A stretch of DNA of 58,437 bases, filler included, from Platydemus manokwari (taxonomy: Eukaryota), in assembly GCA_037951405.1 (NCBI GenBank). It is 5 parts of 5 records of this genome, joined end to end, with 100 filler letters (N's around TTAATTAATTAA, not from the genome) between each part and the next. Parts side by side here need not be neighbours in the genome. Positions count along the whole stretch, not along the records: positions 1 to 10,257 come from JBBMOY011153326.1; positions 10,358 to 23,865 come from JBBMOY011700289.1; 3 more parts are not named here. The stretch is one strand, 5' to 3'. Position 1 is the first letter of the stretch. Each line of letters starts with the position of its first letter. Under the pieces are notes generated by a model. The model had not been told where the DNA came from. It saw only the letters and a program-made list of their open reading frames with translations, and ran no database searches. Position numbers and translations under genes: made by a program. This document shows, piece after piece, positions 1 to 12,010 of this stretch.

Positions 1-1100
1 CTCGTTGCCTACCAAGTTCTATTTAAAGGTAATAAAAACTATGTATTAAGAAGTTAAAATACATATTTAACAAATATATACCAAAATGCAAAGATATTCT
101 ACAGTATGTCAAAACATTGTTTTTGAATAATTTTACTTGTGAATAATTCACTGGAATCTACATTTACAATAATTCAATCTGCTAATAGTGTAATAGATAC
201 ACATAATATAGCATTAAAGGTAAAAGGCTTTGCATATTTAAATCTAGAAATAAAAGAATTGGGAGAAAATGTATTACAATTGTATTTATATAAACCAACT
301 TTTATCTTAATAGTAATTACTTATCCTCTGTATAACTATAACCACTATATGAAAAATATTTAATGAAATCAGAGACAATATTCGTTGATTATTTATTCTG
401 TTATTTTAGATTTGGAACTCAAACAAATTAAATATAGCTTTCTATAAGACCTCGACTTTAAAATAGTTCAATTCCATATTCTGAAGTTTAGTCATTTAAA
501 ATCAGACATTTTTTCATATCTCTTACGCTTTCCCATTATATACATGATGATTAATTGAGTAAAACCAAATGCTTAGAAAAAATAATTAAATTCAATGAAA
601 TTTCTAAATCTTACATAAATTATATTAAATAACATAATTCAATAGATATTGAATTATTGAATATAATAAAATATTGCAACTCGAGATCCTTTTGTTGGAA
701 TTAAAAGTCACAACTAAAACAAATGTTCTAAATATTTGAGCCAATCGTTTACATACATATAAATAAGCTTTATACCAATGCAAAATTTTATCTGGACTTC
801 ATAACTTATTCCTTTTTTGTATCAATGAATGAAATAATTTCACAATATAATACAATACAATGTTCATTAGATTTTGACATGATTATGAATAATCTAAACG
901 CAAAGGATGTGCTAACATTGTGTGCTGAATGATCAATTTTTAATTGCTGTTGACATTGATTAGTGTGTTTTGTTTGGATCTTGAGCACACACCAACCACG
1001 ACTGCAGCAGTAACAAATTATATTTCATTTTAGTATCTTATATATAGTATTAACATTTGATAAAAAATCTTTAATATTTTTGGATTCAAAAATCATATTC

Positions 1101-4100
1101 ATGCCTACATCTTATTCGCATACAATTTCCGATGGGCAGAGTGCATTGATTTTTGTGAAATTACTCACAAGGTGATTCATATTACTCATTCACAGCCAAT
1201 TTACTTTAATTTTTCGATACAGGTGGAAAGGTAGCTTGTACAAACTTCTTTGGATTGATTTACTAGTGTATGTCAGCCTTTTCTACGGTCTTCATTTTCT
1301 TTATCGTGGACTAAATAATAAACACAAACAGTGATAAATTGTTTATAAAGTATATATTGGAATTATCGTCGATATTTAGAAATTTTGAAGAAATAGTTAG
1401 GTATTGTGATACTATGAAGACGAACATACCATTATCCTTTCTTCTTGGATTCTTTGTGGCAGGTGTTTTGGATCGTTGGTGGAAAATGTATATGGCTATT
1501 CCTTGGTTAAATAGAATGGCATTCTTGGCAGATGTTGGTATATTTGTAATTTTAAATTAAGTAATAAATATTATAAAGGGATCAATCGTTGGGCAAACAT
1601 CAGAGAGAGTCAGAAAAATGAAAATGATACTTATGAGATATCTCATTCTTTCGTGGATTTTATTGATGAGAGAAATAAGTAAGCAAATTCATGAACGATT
1701 CTCCAAGAAAAACTTCGATTCTACTGAGGAATATTCCGTACGAGAAATTTTAGTCAATTTTAATAGAGATAGAAGTAATTTGTATTTTCTTTACAATTAA
1801 GAAACCGTAATATTCAATAGAAATTCAAAGCACTTTTCGAAAAATAATAACAGACGCAGAAATAAGAGCTTTTGAAAATATAGCAGCTCAAAACTTTGCT
1901 AGAAATAATACGAAATATGTACCTGAGTACTGGATTCCATTGCAATGGGCGTCAAGATTATTGCAAAAGGGTCTTTTAAATGGTTATATCGTAGACATGC
2001 GAACAACAGTAAAACTGATTGAAGAATTGGATAATTTGCGAAATCAAATGCATCATTTAAAAATGCTTTGTAGTATCATGATACCTTTGGTATATACTCA
2101 AGTAATAAATCTTTTATCTTGTTTATAATTAAATTAAAATAGGTAGTAATTATTGCCGTATACAGCTATTTTCTGTGCCAATTGTTCGCTTCTCAATTCC
2201 CAATCAAACCAAATGGTCACATAACTAACGCCACCAAAAGGGAAGAAATAATTGGACACAATATCGATTTCTTTTTTTATCCATTATTCACAGTGTTTCA
2301 GTTTTTGTTCATAATGGGATGGTTGAAAGTGAGTAAGGAAGTATAACTTTTTAAAGTCTATTATTTATTCAATTCATTTTTAACATAGTAAATAAGGTGT
2401 AATGTTTAATGGTAATTTAATATGGATATCCATTAAATTCGAACACAAAAAATTTATTGAATTATTAGGAATCCAAATATGCTGATATCTTATACCGGTT
2501 AAATTTTTATCTGAATTTGTTATCATTTCATTCATCTTGATTTATTTATAACGTTTTTAACACGAATAATTAAATTTCATATTATTGTATCAATTTTTAG
2601 TAAATTTAGAAAGCATATTATTTTAAACTAATAAACTTAATTTAAGATATAACGGTATTTTATGATCAATTCAGAAAAACCAAGCATTTAAAAATGACTT
2701 TAAAAAATTGTCATTTCATTTATTATAGTATTTAAAAAAACCAAAATTAAATGATATTTCTTTCAAGAATTTTAATTTGTTCTAAAAACATTGAGATAAA
2801 TTTCGAATGTTCTTCAAAAAATCATTCGAGGCTAGCAATCACTGATCAAATCATGCTATCATCAAGAGGGCATGAATAATTTCCAAAATTGAAAATTCTG
2901 CTTACTTCACTTTTACGGATAGAAAACCATGAATCAGCTATTTATTAACGGCATACAAATTTCAATACTTATTAAAATGGTTCTATTTTTAAGTTTCTTT
3001 CAATGATAAGAGATTGATAGTAATATTTTTTTGCTTGCAAATATTGTCAAGTGTTTAAATTTTGCTCTTGATTTTATACGTAAATCGTTTATTATTAATA
3101 GCTGTCTATTTCTTGAAAGTTGATTTCATTTTAGTTGGAATTTTCAATAATCAATTTTGTTAGCAATAGTTGTATTACTTGAATTATTCAAATCAAAATC
3201 AGCCATTAAGATCTATTGGAATATAATATGTATCAGAATCACGTTGAGTTCAAAATTAATATATAGATATAAATGTTTTAAATTATTAAAATTTAAACTT
3301 TTTAAATTGTTGATATTCAAATTGTCAATTTTTTAAAATCAATATTAAAATTTTAAATAATAAATCTTTTAACAATCCTCACAAGCAACAAATGTTAAGT
3401 GAATTCAAATTACCAATGTAGATTTATTTAGAATTTTATTTTATTTTGACATTATTAATGTAAGAACTGTCTAACATAGAGTCAAGGAATTACAAAACAC
3501 AAAAATGTTAGCATATGTAACATGATATAATAATAAATTTATTTTCTAAATGTTAGTACTTAAAAATCTGTTGAAATGTGATTGTTGTAACATTCGTTCT
3601 TTCACAGTATAATCATCTATAGAAGTATAAAAATTATTGAAATACTTTATTTAAACTTTTGGAAAGGTAATGACACTTTTGAAATATTGTTAGGATTACT
3701 GATCATCAAATGATCTATCTAGAATAATAGAAAATTACAATTATTTTACTAAAAAAATAAAATTATCTGTATCTCCAAGAAAAAAATAATAAATAACTAC
3801 TCATTCAATAAGCATGAGATAATTGAATAATGCAAGTGACTGAGTGACCTCGAATAAGATTACCAATATTTCGTTTCTGATAGATCCACGTATCTTATAA
3901 CACAACACAAATTTGGATCTGCATCTGGTATTCCTGATAATTTTTTTCTTTCAATAAAAAAATTTCCAAGTCAAACTTCGAATGTATTCTAATGTTTTGT
4001 TCTAGAATACACAGTTCGTCGTTATATCTGGGTTGATACATTCATTTGCTATTTCGTGTACTCTTTTGAAAATAAAATTATTTAAAAACACCATTTACCA

Positions 4101-5110
4101 AAGTGCATAATTCACCTATTCAATCTTTTAAAATTATCATTATTCGTTTCTTCAATTTGTTGTTTCTTTCCATGTTTCGAATATTAGCACTTTCAAGGAA
4201 TTTATATCGATAAAAATATGGTACTTTTTAGATCATTTTGTACTGGTAGATCAACTTGTATTTCAGTATTAGTGTACCGACACTTCTTTATACTTTTTTA
4301 GCGTAAAATTTGTATTGACTGATGCTTCCATTATTTAATTAGCCGATTTCGTAAGAAAGATTTACAAATAAAAAAATATATATTATTTCTATCTGTATAC
4401 TCAAGCAATGTGACAGTGCTTGGTTTATGTAAAAATTGAAATTCTGCTGTAGACAAACCAAAATAGTTTATAATTATGTCCACTTATTTATCCCCATTTA
4501 TTTTCTGCAGCTAACCAATAGATCTCAATAAATTTCTTTTAAATTTTTGATATATACAGTACTTGAAATAAATTACTTTAATTATTTTATATTCAAAACA
4601 GGTTGCTATCTGCTTACTAAATCCGTTTGGAGATGCTCAAGAAGACTTCAAAACGACTGAAATTTTGGACACAAATTTAGATATATGCTGGAGATGTGGG
4701 AGCACAGAACTCTGTACCTTCCCTGAAATGCTGACTCCAGTAAATTTCAAATTCATAGGCGGAGACAATCAATATACAGATTCTTTTCATTGCTTTATGG
4801 AAGCCACAGAAGATGATCTCGAAGAAATTGATCCTCCACTTGTCGAGCATGAGTAAGATTTGAAACAAGATTTCAGTCTTATAAACCATGTAACAAAAGT
4901 CTAATAGCTTTAGAATTGTCTCCAACGACGTGCATGAAAATGAAAAAATGCTTTTGTTCAAATTACTGCGATACTGATGATTTCATATCTCCACTAGGTA
5001 AATAGTTCATTTTTATTGAATAAAATTAATAATTTATAGGAAATCAAGAACAGAAAATTGCCAGCAAAAGCAAATCATCTTTGGTATTATTTACTATATT
5101 AACTTTTTAG
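1101..5110 (+). CDS. Bestrophin-family anion channel, 9 exons (approx. 1101-1171, 1223-1330, 1380-1533, 1579-1774, 1821-2101, 2143-2328, 4602-4852, 4900-4997, 5040-5110)
   Basis: Manual splicing at GT-AG sites gives MPTSYSHTIS..FVKLLTRWKGSLYKLLW, IPLSFLLGFFV..RWW, MRYLIL..RFS, EYWIPLQW, IPLVYTQVV..AVYSYF, YPLFTVFQFLFIMGWLKVA..LLNPFGD..EDF, which are all bestrophin motifs. The last two exons are less certain. Confidence 0.93.
4150..4330 (-). mobile_element. Decayed 3' (RLE endonuclease) fragment of a non-LTR retrotransposon inside the long bestrophin intron
   Basis: The minus strand reads KKCRYTNTEIQVDLPVQNDLKSTIF then, after a frameshift, IDI. This parallels KPCQFTGPRLQVDL*VVSNRTGAIFLIDMK of the element at about 29340-29440, and the two share the 13-mer agatcaacttgta. 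Confidence 0.55.
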
Positions 5111-5159
5111 AAATCCAATAATATTATTATTTATTATTAAGTGTAATGTATTCCTAAAA

Positions 5160-5950
5160 CATCTTAATGTCATATTTTCAGTATTCTTTTGTATTTCTGC
5201 AGTCTGTTCAAATGAATTTGAAGTTCTGTTATCTGCTCTTAGATTGACCTTAGTCAGAGATCTTAATATGGGTGTGTGAACTATGTTGAGTTAGACCAAG
5301 TACTAGGACTGCCAATCCTAACATTAAAAATTTGCCACTTTTGGCTTAGATCGAAGATATTTAACTATAAGATTTCAAGGTCAAGTTCACTTATAGAAGT
5401 TTCTATGTATTAAATTTGAATGATTATTTAGATTGTCATTTTGTGTTCAACGTCTTAATTTTATACTCTTTCATCTATTATTTGAGTATTAAAGAGTTTT
5501 CAATTTTATCTGTGTATACCAATGACCTATGAGAATTTAATCAGTAACAATAGATTTCAAGATTTCTCATTGGTTGCTGGGAGGGTGTTTTCAACTACTT
5601 ATTAACACATTTGAAGGGATTATTATAGAGTATTATATAAGTGTTTTCCGGGTTAAATAATTCTTTAAATAATTTCAATCTATAGGTTTAGACTATATCA
5701 TTTAAGTCAAACTTTTGACCTCTGCTAGATACATACTTTGAAGACATTTTCTCATTGTCAATAAATGAATAATCTAATTACGTCATTTTACTAAATTTGT
5801 AAATCTTCTTTAAAATAAAGCTTAAATTTATTGTATAAGGATGAATCTTGGGATGAAAAACACTTCAAAGACGCAAGATCATATCCAATTTTGAATGAGC
5901 CTACCAGTAGTAATTCATATGGTGATAGCTTACTTGGAAGGTATATTATT
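5160..5950 (-). mobile_element. Highly decayed RT-region relic, probably of the same RLE-LINE group
   Basis: Short, collinear remnant peptides (SFILKKIY, YNNPFKCVN, IFDL, RSLTKVN) parallel NFILRAIL, YNTAFQCGN, TFDL and RSLPDVN in the 30100-30900 element. There are many stops. Confidence 0.35.
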
Positions 5951-6321
5951 TACTTCATTAATTTAAATTTGATTTAATCATAAACTCTTAATTATTCTTA
6001 AATTTGTTAATTTTTAAACAACTAATTTTTTTTTAAATTCGTTAACATATTTTCTATTTTTCAAAAAAAAACCAGATAAATATTTAAAAAGTCATTCTTT
6101 TATTGCACTTTTGTCATTATTTATTGGTAAGTTAAATTCTAAAAATTGATTTTTTTTAACTGATATTATTTTTCAGTAGGACTCAGCTAGTTGTAAGAAC
6201 ATATTCCAGACAAAACATATTGGACAGATAATTCGTTTGTACCGAATGACTCCATGATTTGTAAATATAAAATACTTGTGTCTTAAAACGTCGATATTTT
6301 ATTGAACATTTAAAATTATTT

Positions 6322-7098
6322 ATGATAAATCAGAAAAAACGAGCTTTTAAAAAAACAAAGGCTGGTCAATTTATATATATTTCCGATGAAGAGTTAGGTG
6401 ACGTCCCATATCAATGGAATACATATGTTTTGTCACCATGTGAGAACTGTAGTAAGTCGTGTTTGGCATTTTATGTAAACATAATTATTTGATTAGGCAA
6501 TTGTTGGTTGAATTGTTGCTGTATGTTTTTGAGCATCTATGATATTACCAGATTTTCTTTCAGTATGAATAATATTGTTTCGGGAATATTTTGTTTGGGT
6601 TTAATACCTTGTTGGCCACTTATAATTATTGCTTCGCGAATAAAAATTCGTAAGAATCATAATCTTGAAGGCAGTATATTAAGCGATATTTGTTGTGGTT
6701 TGTCACTATGCACTTTTCCTTGTTTAGTTTGTCAACTGAGAGACCAAATTCTTTTTCTCAAACAAGTTGAATTATGGAAGCTAGGGTCAGACAATGATGT
6801 AAGTTGGTGTTGTGAAAAATGCAAATGTTTATCATCAATTCCATATGGATTACAAGGTGATAAAAAATTGATGGTGTTTGCAAGAAAACATCACTTGATG
6901 GATGATATCAATCCCGAAGAAGCCATGATTAAACTAGGCAAAATTCAAAAACAGTATGATCAATATATTATGGATAATAATTCCATTTCATCTTCAAACA
7001 GTGACAGAAAAAATGATGAAGAAGAAAACAGGAATGAAAATGATAGTAATTTATGGAGGAATTCTATATTTAAACAAGAAAGCATGAAAAGATCTTGA
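6322..7098 (+). CDS. PLAC8/cornifelin-family cysteine-rich protein (exons 6322-6451 and 6497-7098)
   Basis: ATG at 6322 and a 45-nt GTAAGT..TAG intron join QWNTYVLSPCENC to SNCWLNCCCM. It then has RIKIRKNHNLEGSILSDICC..CTFPCLVCQLRDQI, matching the PLAC8 pattern R..IR....I.GS...D.....C.PC..CQ..RE. Confidence 0.82.
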
Positions 7099-7181
7099 AA
7101 TTAAAAATATTATTTAATTATCATTTATTCATTACATAATAGACAAACTAATAATTTGGATATAAAAATCGATAATATCTA

Positions 7182-8204
7182 ATGCCAAATATTAGTGTCA
7201 TATTAAGATGGATCTTATTATTGCTTTTAATTAAATGGTCATGGAGTGATGTAGTTCAAAAACTTTTTATTGATTGGAAAAGCAGCTTACTGAACGAAGG
7301 GAAAGTTATTTTAACTAATGAACATTATGCAATAAGTCTTGATTGTGCGTCCACATTAGCAGGTCAAAGAATATTATCATCTCGAATTTTTGAAAATGTT
7401 AAGATTACATGGTTAGTGGATAATTATTTTCCTTTGTATTCCGGAGCTGATGGACGGAAAGTAATTTACGATGTTGGGAATTATCGAAGTTCACAGTTGC
7501 GCATTATTGATGTAACTCATGGTGATTCTGGTTTATACACCTGTAATCTTGACAAAGGCCGACAAATGGTTAATCGGTTCAGAACGATTTCGTATTTCAT
7601 CGTATTAACAAAAAACCCACCAATATTTCATATATATTTGTATAACAGATTTAATATTTCCTGTCCGATGGATATTTTGTATCATATGCTTCTATTCGCA
7701 GATGCTGATCTGACCAAATGGAGTGTAAGATGGTTGCTCAATAATCAAACAGTTCGAGAAGGTCAAATTGTAAACAGTTCAAATCTACAATACACTGTTA
7801 TTGATCCAGTTGAGCAATCTCATCAAGGAATATGGCAATGTCAGATGGAGCATATTGGCAATTTTAAAGATGGTCAAAGAAGACGTATATATTTACTTAA
7901 AAGGTTTATACTTAACATTCACGACGTCCCAAGTTTTATAATTAGAATGCCAGCATTTGAAATATTACGAATTATTACTCCTTTGCTCGGATTTCTTCTT
8001 ACTCTTATGGTCTGTAGTCATTTTATTTTGGCTGTCGTATTATTTGAAAAATTTGCAAAGATTGAAACGAAATTCCAAGTTTGGCAAGTGGTGAATAAAT
8101 TTTCAAAGAAAAATTATATGAAATTTTATTTACACCAACTAAGAAAAGCTCATGAAGAACTACTGAAAAAAGCAGAAGAATCAGATAAAGAAGTTATTGA
8201 ATAA
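7182..8204 (+). CDS. Intronless type-I membrane protein: signal peptide, two Ig-like domains, one TM helix, cytoplasmic tail
   Basis: 340-aa ORF with a hydrophobic N-terminus. Ig domain 1 reads SLDC..ITW..LRI..V...DSGLYTC and Ig domain 2 reads ISC..VRW..HQGIWQC. The TM segment is IITPLLGFLLTLMVCSHFILAVVLF. Confidence 0.85.
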   Translation: MPNISVILRWILLLLLIKWSWSDVVQKLFIDWKSSLLNEGKVILTNEHYAISLDCASTLAGQRILSSRIFENVKITWLVDNYFPLYSGADGRKVIYDVGNYRSSQLRIIDVTHGDSGLYTCNLDKGRQMVNRFRTISYFIVLTKNPPIFHIYLYNRFNISCPMDILYHMLLFADADLTKWSVRWLLNNQTVREGQIVNSSNLQYTVIDPVEQSHQGIWQCQMEHIGNFKDGQRRRIYLLKRFILNIHDVPSFIIRMPAFEILRIITPLLGFLLTLMVCSHFILAVVLFEKFAKIETKFQVWQVVNKFSKKNYMKFYLHQLRKAHEELLKKAEESDKEVIE

Positions 8205-10257
8205 AAAATAATCATAAAACTTCAAATTATTTTCTACACACGAAAGACATTGTGCACAACATTTATTTACTTACTTTCCGATTAATTAGGATATCAATTT
8301 TCTCTATAATTACTACAAGTGGCTTAAATTTAGTATTTACTGTGTGTAGCCATAAATTATTATCTATTATTTGGTTTTCTTAACTTGTAAGTGTTAAATG
8401 AAGCTATATCTGCTCGACTTCAAAATTATAGAAGTTCATGTAATTTAAAATGACATTATGAGAAGAAATGATGATTGTATAAACAAAGAATGTACACAAT
8501 TATCAATAAAAATAAAACATTTAATTTAAGTTCTAGATAAAATTTAACATTTTAGACATTTAATAAATTTAAGAACTATATAGCATTGAAACATTGTTTG
8601 CATAGCAGATGAATTATTTTATTTGATATCAGTATTGTACATATTTTAAATGTTTATTTATTTGGATCTAATTGATATTTATAGAACTCTTGAAAATTTA
8701 TTTATTAATTTGTTGTTATTATTTTTAAGTTTTTCATTGGTTAAAACTTAAGCACGTCTCTTAGACTTCATATTATTATCGAGTTTCCCCAGTTATTTAA
8801 GTTCGACTTTCTTTACTTTTACTTAAAAGGTCTGTGGTAATTTAATTAATTGTAAGAGCATTGTTCAATTTTTATTTTTATTTTTATTATTTCTATTTTT
8901 ACATTAAAATAATCTTAAAGAAGTTGGATTTGATGATGTTTTACGAATGATCACTGAGTTTATTAGTAAAAGTTCATTTGCTGGTGTTTGGGGTCGCTTG
9001 GTTAATTTTATTATCAATCTCTATATTCAATATTTTATTGTGGATCAATGCCGTCTTGACCAGTCTCTGTGAGCTCTGATTAACTCCTTAAGGTACACCA
9101 CTAAACCTTATCTTATATTCTTCTTTCTTCACCTCGCTGTCAATACTATATGGAAATAGTATGATAGGCAGCAATGATCCAATCGCTATATTTTATAACT
9201 ATCAGTCTCAAACAATTTACACAATTTATTCAAAATCAGTCTCAAATTATTTAACAGTCCTATCCTATATCCTATCTAATCAACAAACTAACGCTTTTGT
9301 TTACAGTAACGTTTATTCAATACGAGATATACAACAAAATACAATTATACAACAAATGTTTTGGTTAAAACTACACTATACAACTAATAATGATACAACT
9401 AAAATGACCTAGACGATGACACCTACAACTTTTGAAAAGAAAACGGTTGCAAACCTTTACCTTTAAGATGTTTTGAGACACAGCTCGATAATATGACAAT
9501 AACGCGAAATACGGTATATAATACTGATTAGGATTTTACAGAATTAATCTAACTCAATCAATCTAATGACAAAAATCAAAAGGCATATAACACAAGGCTT
9601 CTTATGGCAATATGTATGTTCACGTATTCTTGTTGATATTGAATTTGACTTCATGTTCTCTAGTGGTTTCTTACTTATGGGCTAACGCTTCACGCAGTCT
9701 AGTGGTTTCTTTATAACAGAGCGAGTTGTGATGATTGCAACTCCTATTTATACGGTTTGAAAGTCGGCGCTTGAATACATTTTTTAGAAAAATATCCCTC
9801 ATTTATAATTAATAAAATTCCCTATATCTTTCTGCTATTGCTTTCGTTGCATTAAATTCATCTATATATAAAATATGTTTTATTTTAAATAAATATTGTA
9901 ATATAAATTATTGCATAATAATTAATTAATTTTTTTTCTTTCAGAAGTGCCGTCATAAAAATATTGCTACAGTGCGATTATAAAAATTGTTACACTAGAA
10001 TATTTCAATACAGTGTGAAATATTAAAAACATATCGCTACAATGCGATGGATAAAAATATGTCGCTACAGTGCGGTAAAAATAAAATAAAATAAAATAGT
10101 TGCTCCATGCAATAGCAACTAAACGTTCTGATTTTTAGGGATATCATAAAAATATTATCAACTTCAGGCGTCGATAAACACTACATTTTTCAACAGCTAA
10201 AAATCGTTACAAAACTAATTAGTTTTAATACAACCAAATTATAAAAAATTATAAATT

Positions 10258-10357
10258 NNNNNNNNNNNNNNNNNNNNNNNNNNNNNNNNNNNNNNNNNNN
10301 NTTAATTAATTAANNNNNNNNNNNNNNNNNNNNNNNNNNNNNNNNNNNNNNNNNNNN
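10258..10357. other. Artificial contig linker (N44-TTAATTAATTAA-N44)
   Basis: Exactly 100 nt with a 12-mer that has stop codons in all six frames; identical to the three other gaps. Confidence 0.97.
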
Positions 10358-10476
10358 ATTTTATGATTTCCCAATCGCCGAAAATCGGAGTAATATGTTT
10401 ACAGTGAAAAACTAACCGTAATTGCAAAATGTGCGATTCGGGGTGATATACGAGGCTTTAATTCTTGATGTTCTTA

Positions 10477-10581
10477 TAGAGTAGTTGAAAAATGGTTGTC
10501 CTAACTCGAATCCACACAAATTTGAGCGAAGCGAGAATTTGTGTGGGTTTGGGTTAGGACAACCATTTTCCAACTACTGTA
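10477..10581. mobile_element. About 101-bp fully palindromic MITE (Tc1/mariner-like TA-[C]AGTAG...CTACTG-TA ends)
   Basis: 47-nt arms (10476-10522 and 10536-10582) with 5 mismatches, a 13-nt loop and flanking TA dinucleotides. Confidence 0.7.
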
Positions 10582-10589
10582 TTTTCTAT

Positions 10590-12010
10590 TTTGACGTGTC
10601 CCAGTAATTTTAATATATTTTTGTTAATAACTTTTATTCTTGCTTCTGTATCTAGTAAACATCCAAACTCTCGATTTTCAATTTATATAATTATTCTTGG
10701 TCTTCCTTGAATTCTATTGTACGAAATCATTGAAGTTCTTAATTCCTCGAGTGTTAATATTGTAATTTCCTTTTCTTCTTAATTTCTTCTTCGTAATTGT
10801 ATGAGTTCTTTTTAGTTATAAGCCTTGTAATCTTCTCTTATCTGGTTTTGTGGATTCACTTTTAATCTTTCTATCATTTTTTATTCTTTTTCTAATAGTA
10901 TACATTATTTATATTGTTTGACTTATCTTTATTAATCATTTTATTATTATACATTTTACTTAAATTATAAATACTAATATGACTACTTATACTCACAGTA
11001 TCCTGATCAACATTATAGATTAGTGCATTGCTCCAACCCACTCACCTGAGGTCAGAGCTTTAAGTTTTGGGTGCTCAATGCAGCTTTCATTAGGTAATTT
11101 GACGTTTTCTTCATGTATTACCGTGACCCGCCCTCCATTCCTGTAATTAGGCGTCTTCATCTCATTGCTAAATCGTCTTTTGAAATTTCCTTCTTTGTAA
11201 GTAGATGTTCCAACACCTTTGATATTTCTCCATTGGCTGCGTTCTTGTTGCTCCTGATTGAAATGTCCACGCTTTTCCAAATTGGTGTAACATTCATTTT
11301 TGTGGTGTCCTTGATATCGACATACTTTACACCTGATTATAATGTGGCCCTTTTATGGCAGGTATAACAGGTTACAACTTTTGGGGTGTTACAGTTTCAT
11401 GCAATGTGACATTGTTTATTACAGTTGCAGCAATTCCTGGTCTCTATTCTCCTTACCTGCTCATTTGGTTTATGATTGGCTTTTGATCTTTTGTCCAGTC
11501 ATCCGATGTTATAGCACTCGCATTTTTTACTTCATGCACTTTATCTAGCCTTTTTATTACCGTTTTAATCTTTGGTAATTCAACAATGCCTTGTATTTTT
11601 ATTTCTCTCTCCAATCCCGCATTCTCTGAATAATGAACTATCAGAAATGCCACTAGATCTTCCTTTGTTGTTTTATGCGGCATAAAGTCATCTACCATCT
11701 GTTCAATTTTATCAATGAAAACTTCGGCAGATTTCGACTACCTTCTGTATCGGAGGGCTCTTAACCAATCTTGATCTAATGATCTTTTGTTATCAAAGGC
11801 CTTTCGCAGTCTTTGATAATACTCCTTAATTTTATCTAGAACCACTTTGTATTGAGCGATCGTGCTCTGATCTAATATGGCAATTATAACCAGATTCCTC
11901 ATTGATTTAGTTGTTTTGTAAATATCGAAGTATCGATTAGAGCTTTCAATAAATTTTTTGATATCGTCTCTCGTATTTCTCAAGATCGCATCCATGTGTG
12001 TGGTCGTCAT
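10590..12010 (-). mobile_element. Decayed Ty3/gypsy-like LTR retrotransposon gag-protease fragment
   Basis: Gag-like ORF pieces (11738-12010 and 11453-11698), an intact zinc knuckle CKVCRYQGHHKNEC (about 11290-11331) and two damaged ones (CCNCNKQCHIA*NC; CYTCHK..). An aspartic-protease remnant follows (GRPRIII*IENREFGCLLDTEARIKVI, about 10630-10710). Stops and frameshifts throughout. Confidence 0.8.

Noticed and set aside
139-988. Short ORFs 139-363 (+) and 806-988 (-)
   Set aside because: Non-ATG starts, no recognisable motif and no convincing splice framework.
10480-10578. AGTAGT...ACTACT ends of the palindrome as a mini-Polinton
   Set aside because: No 6-bp target duplication and no further similarity to the Polinton terminus; TA-CAGT...ACTG-TA fits Tc1/mariner better.
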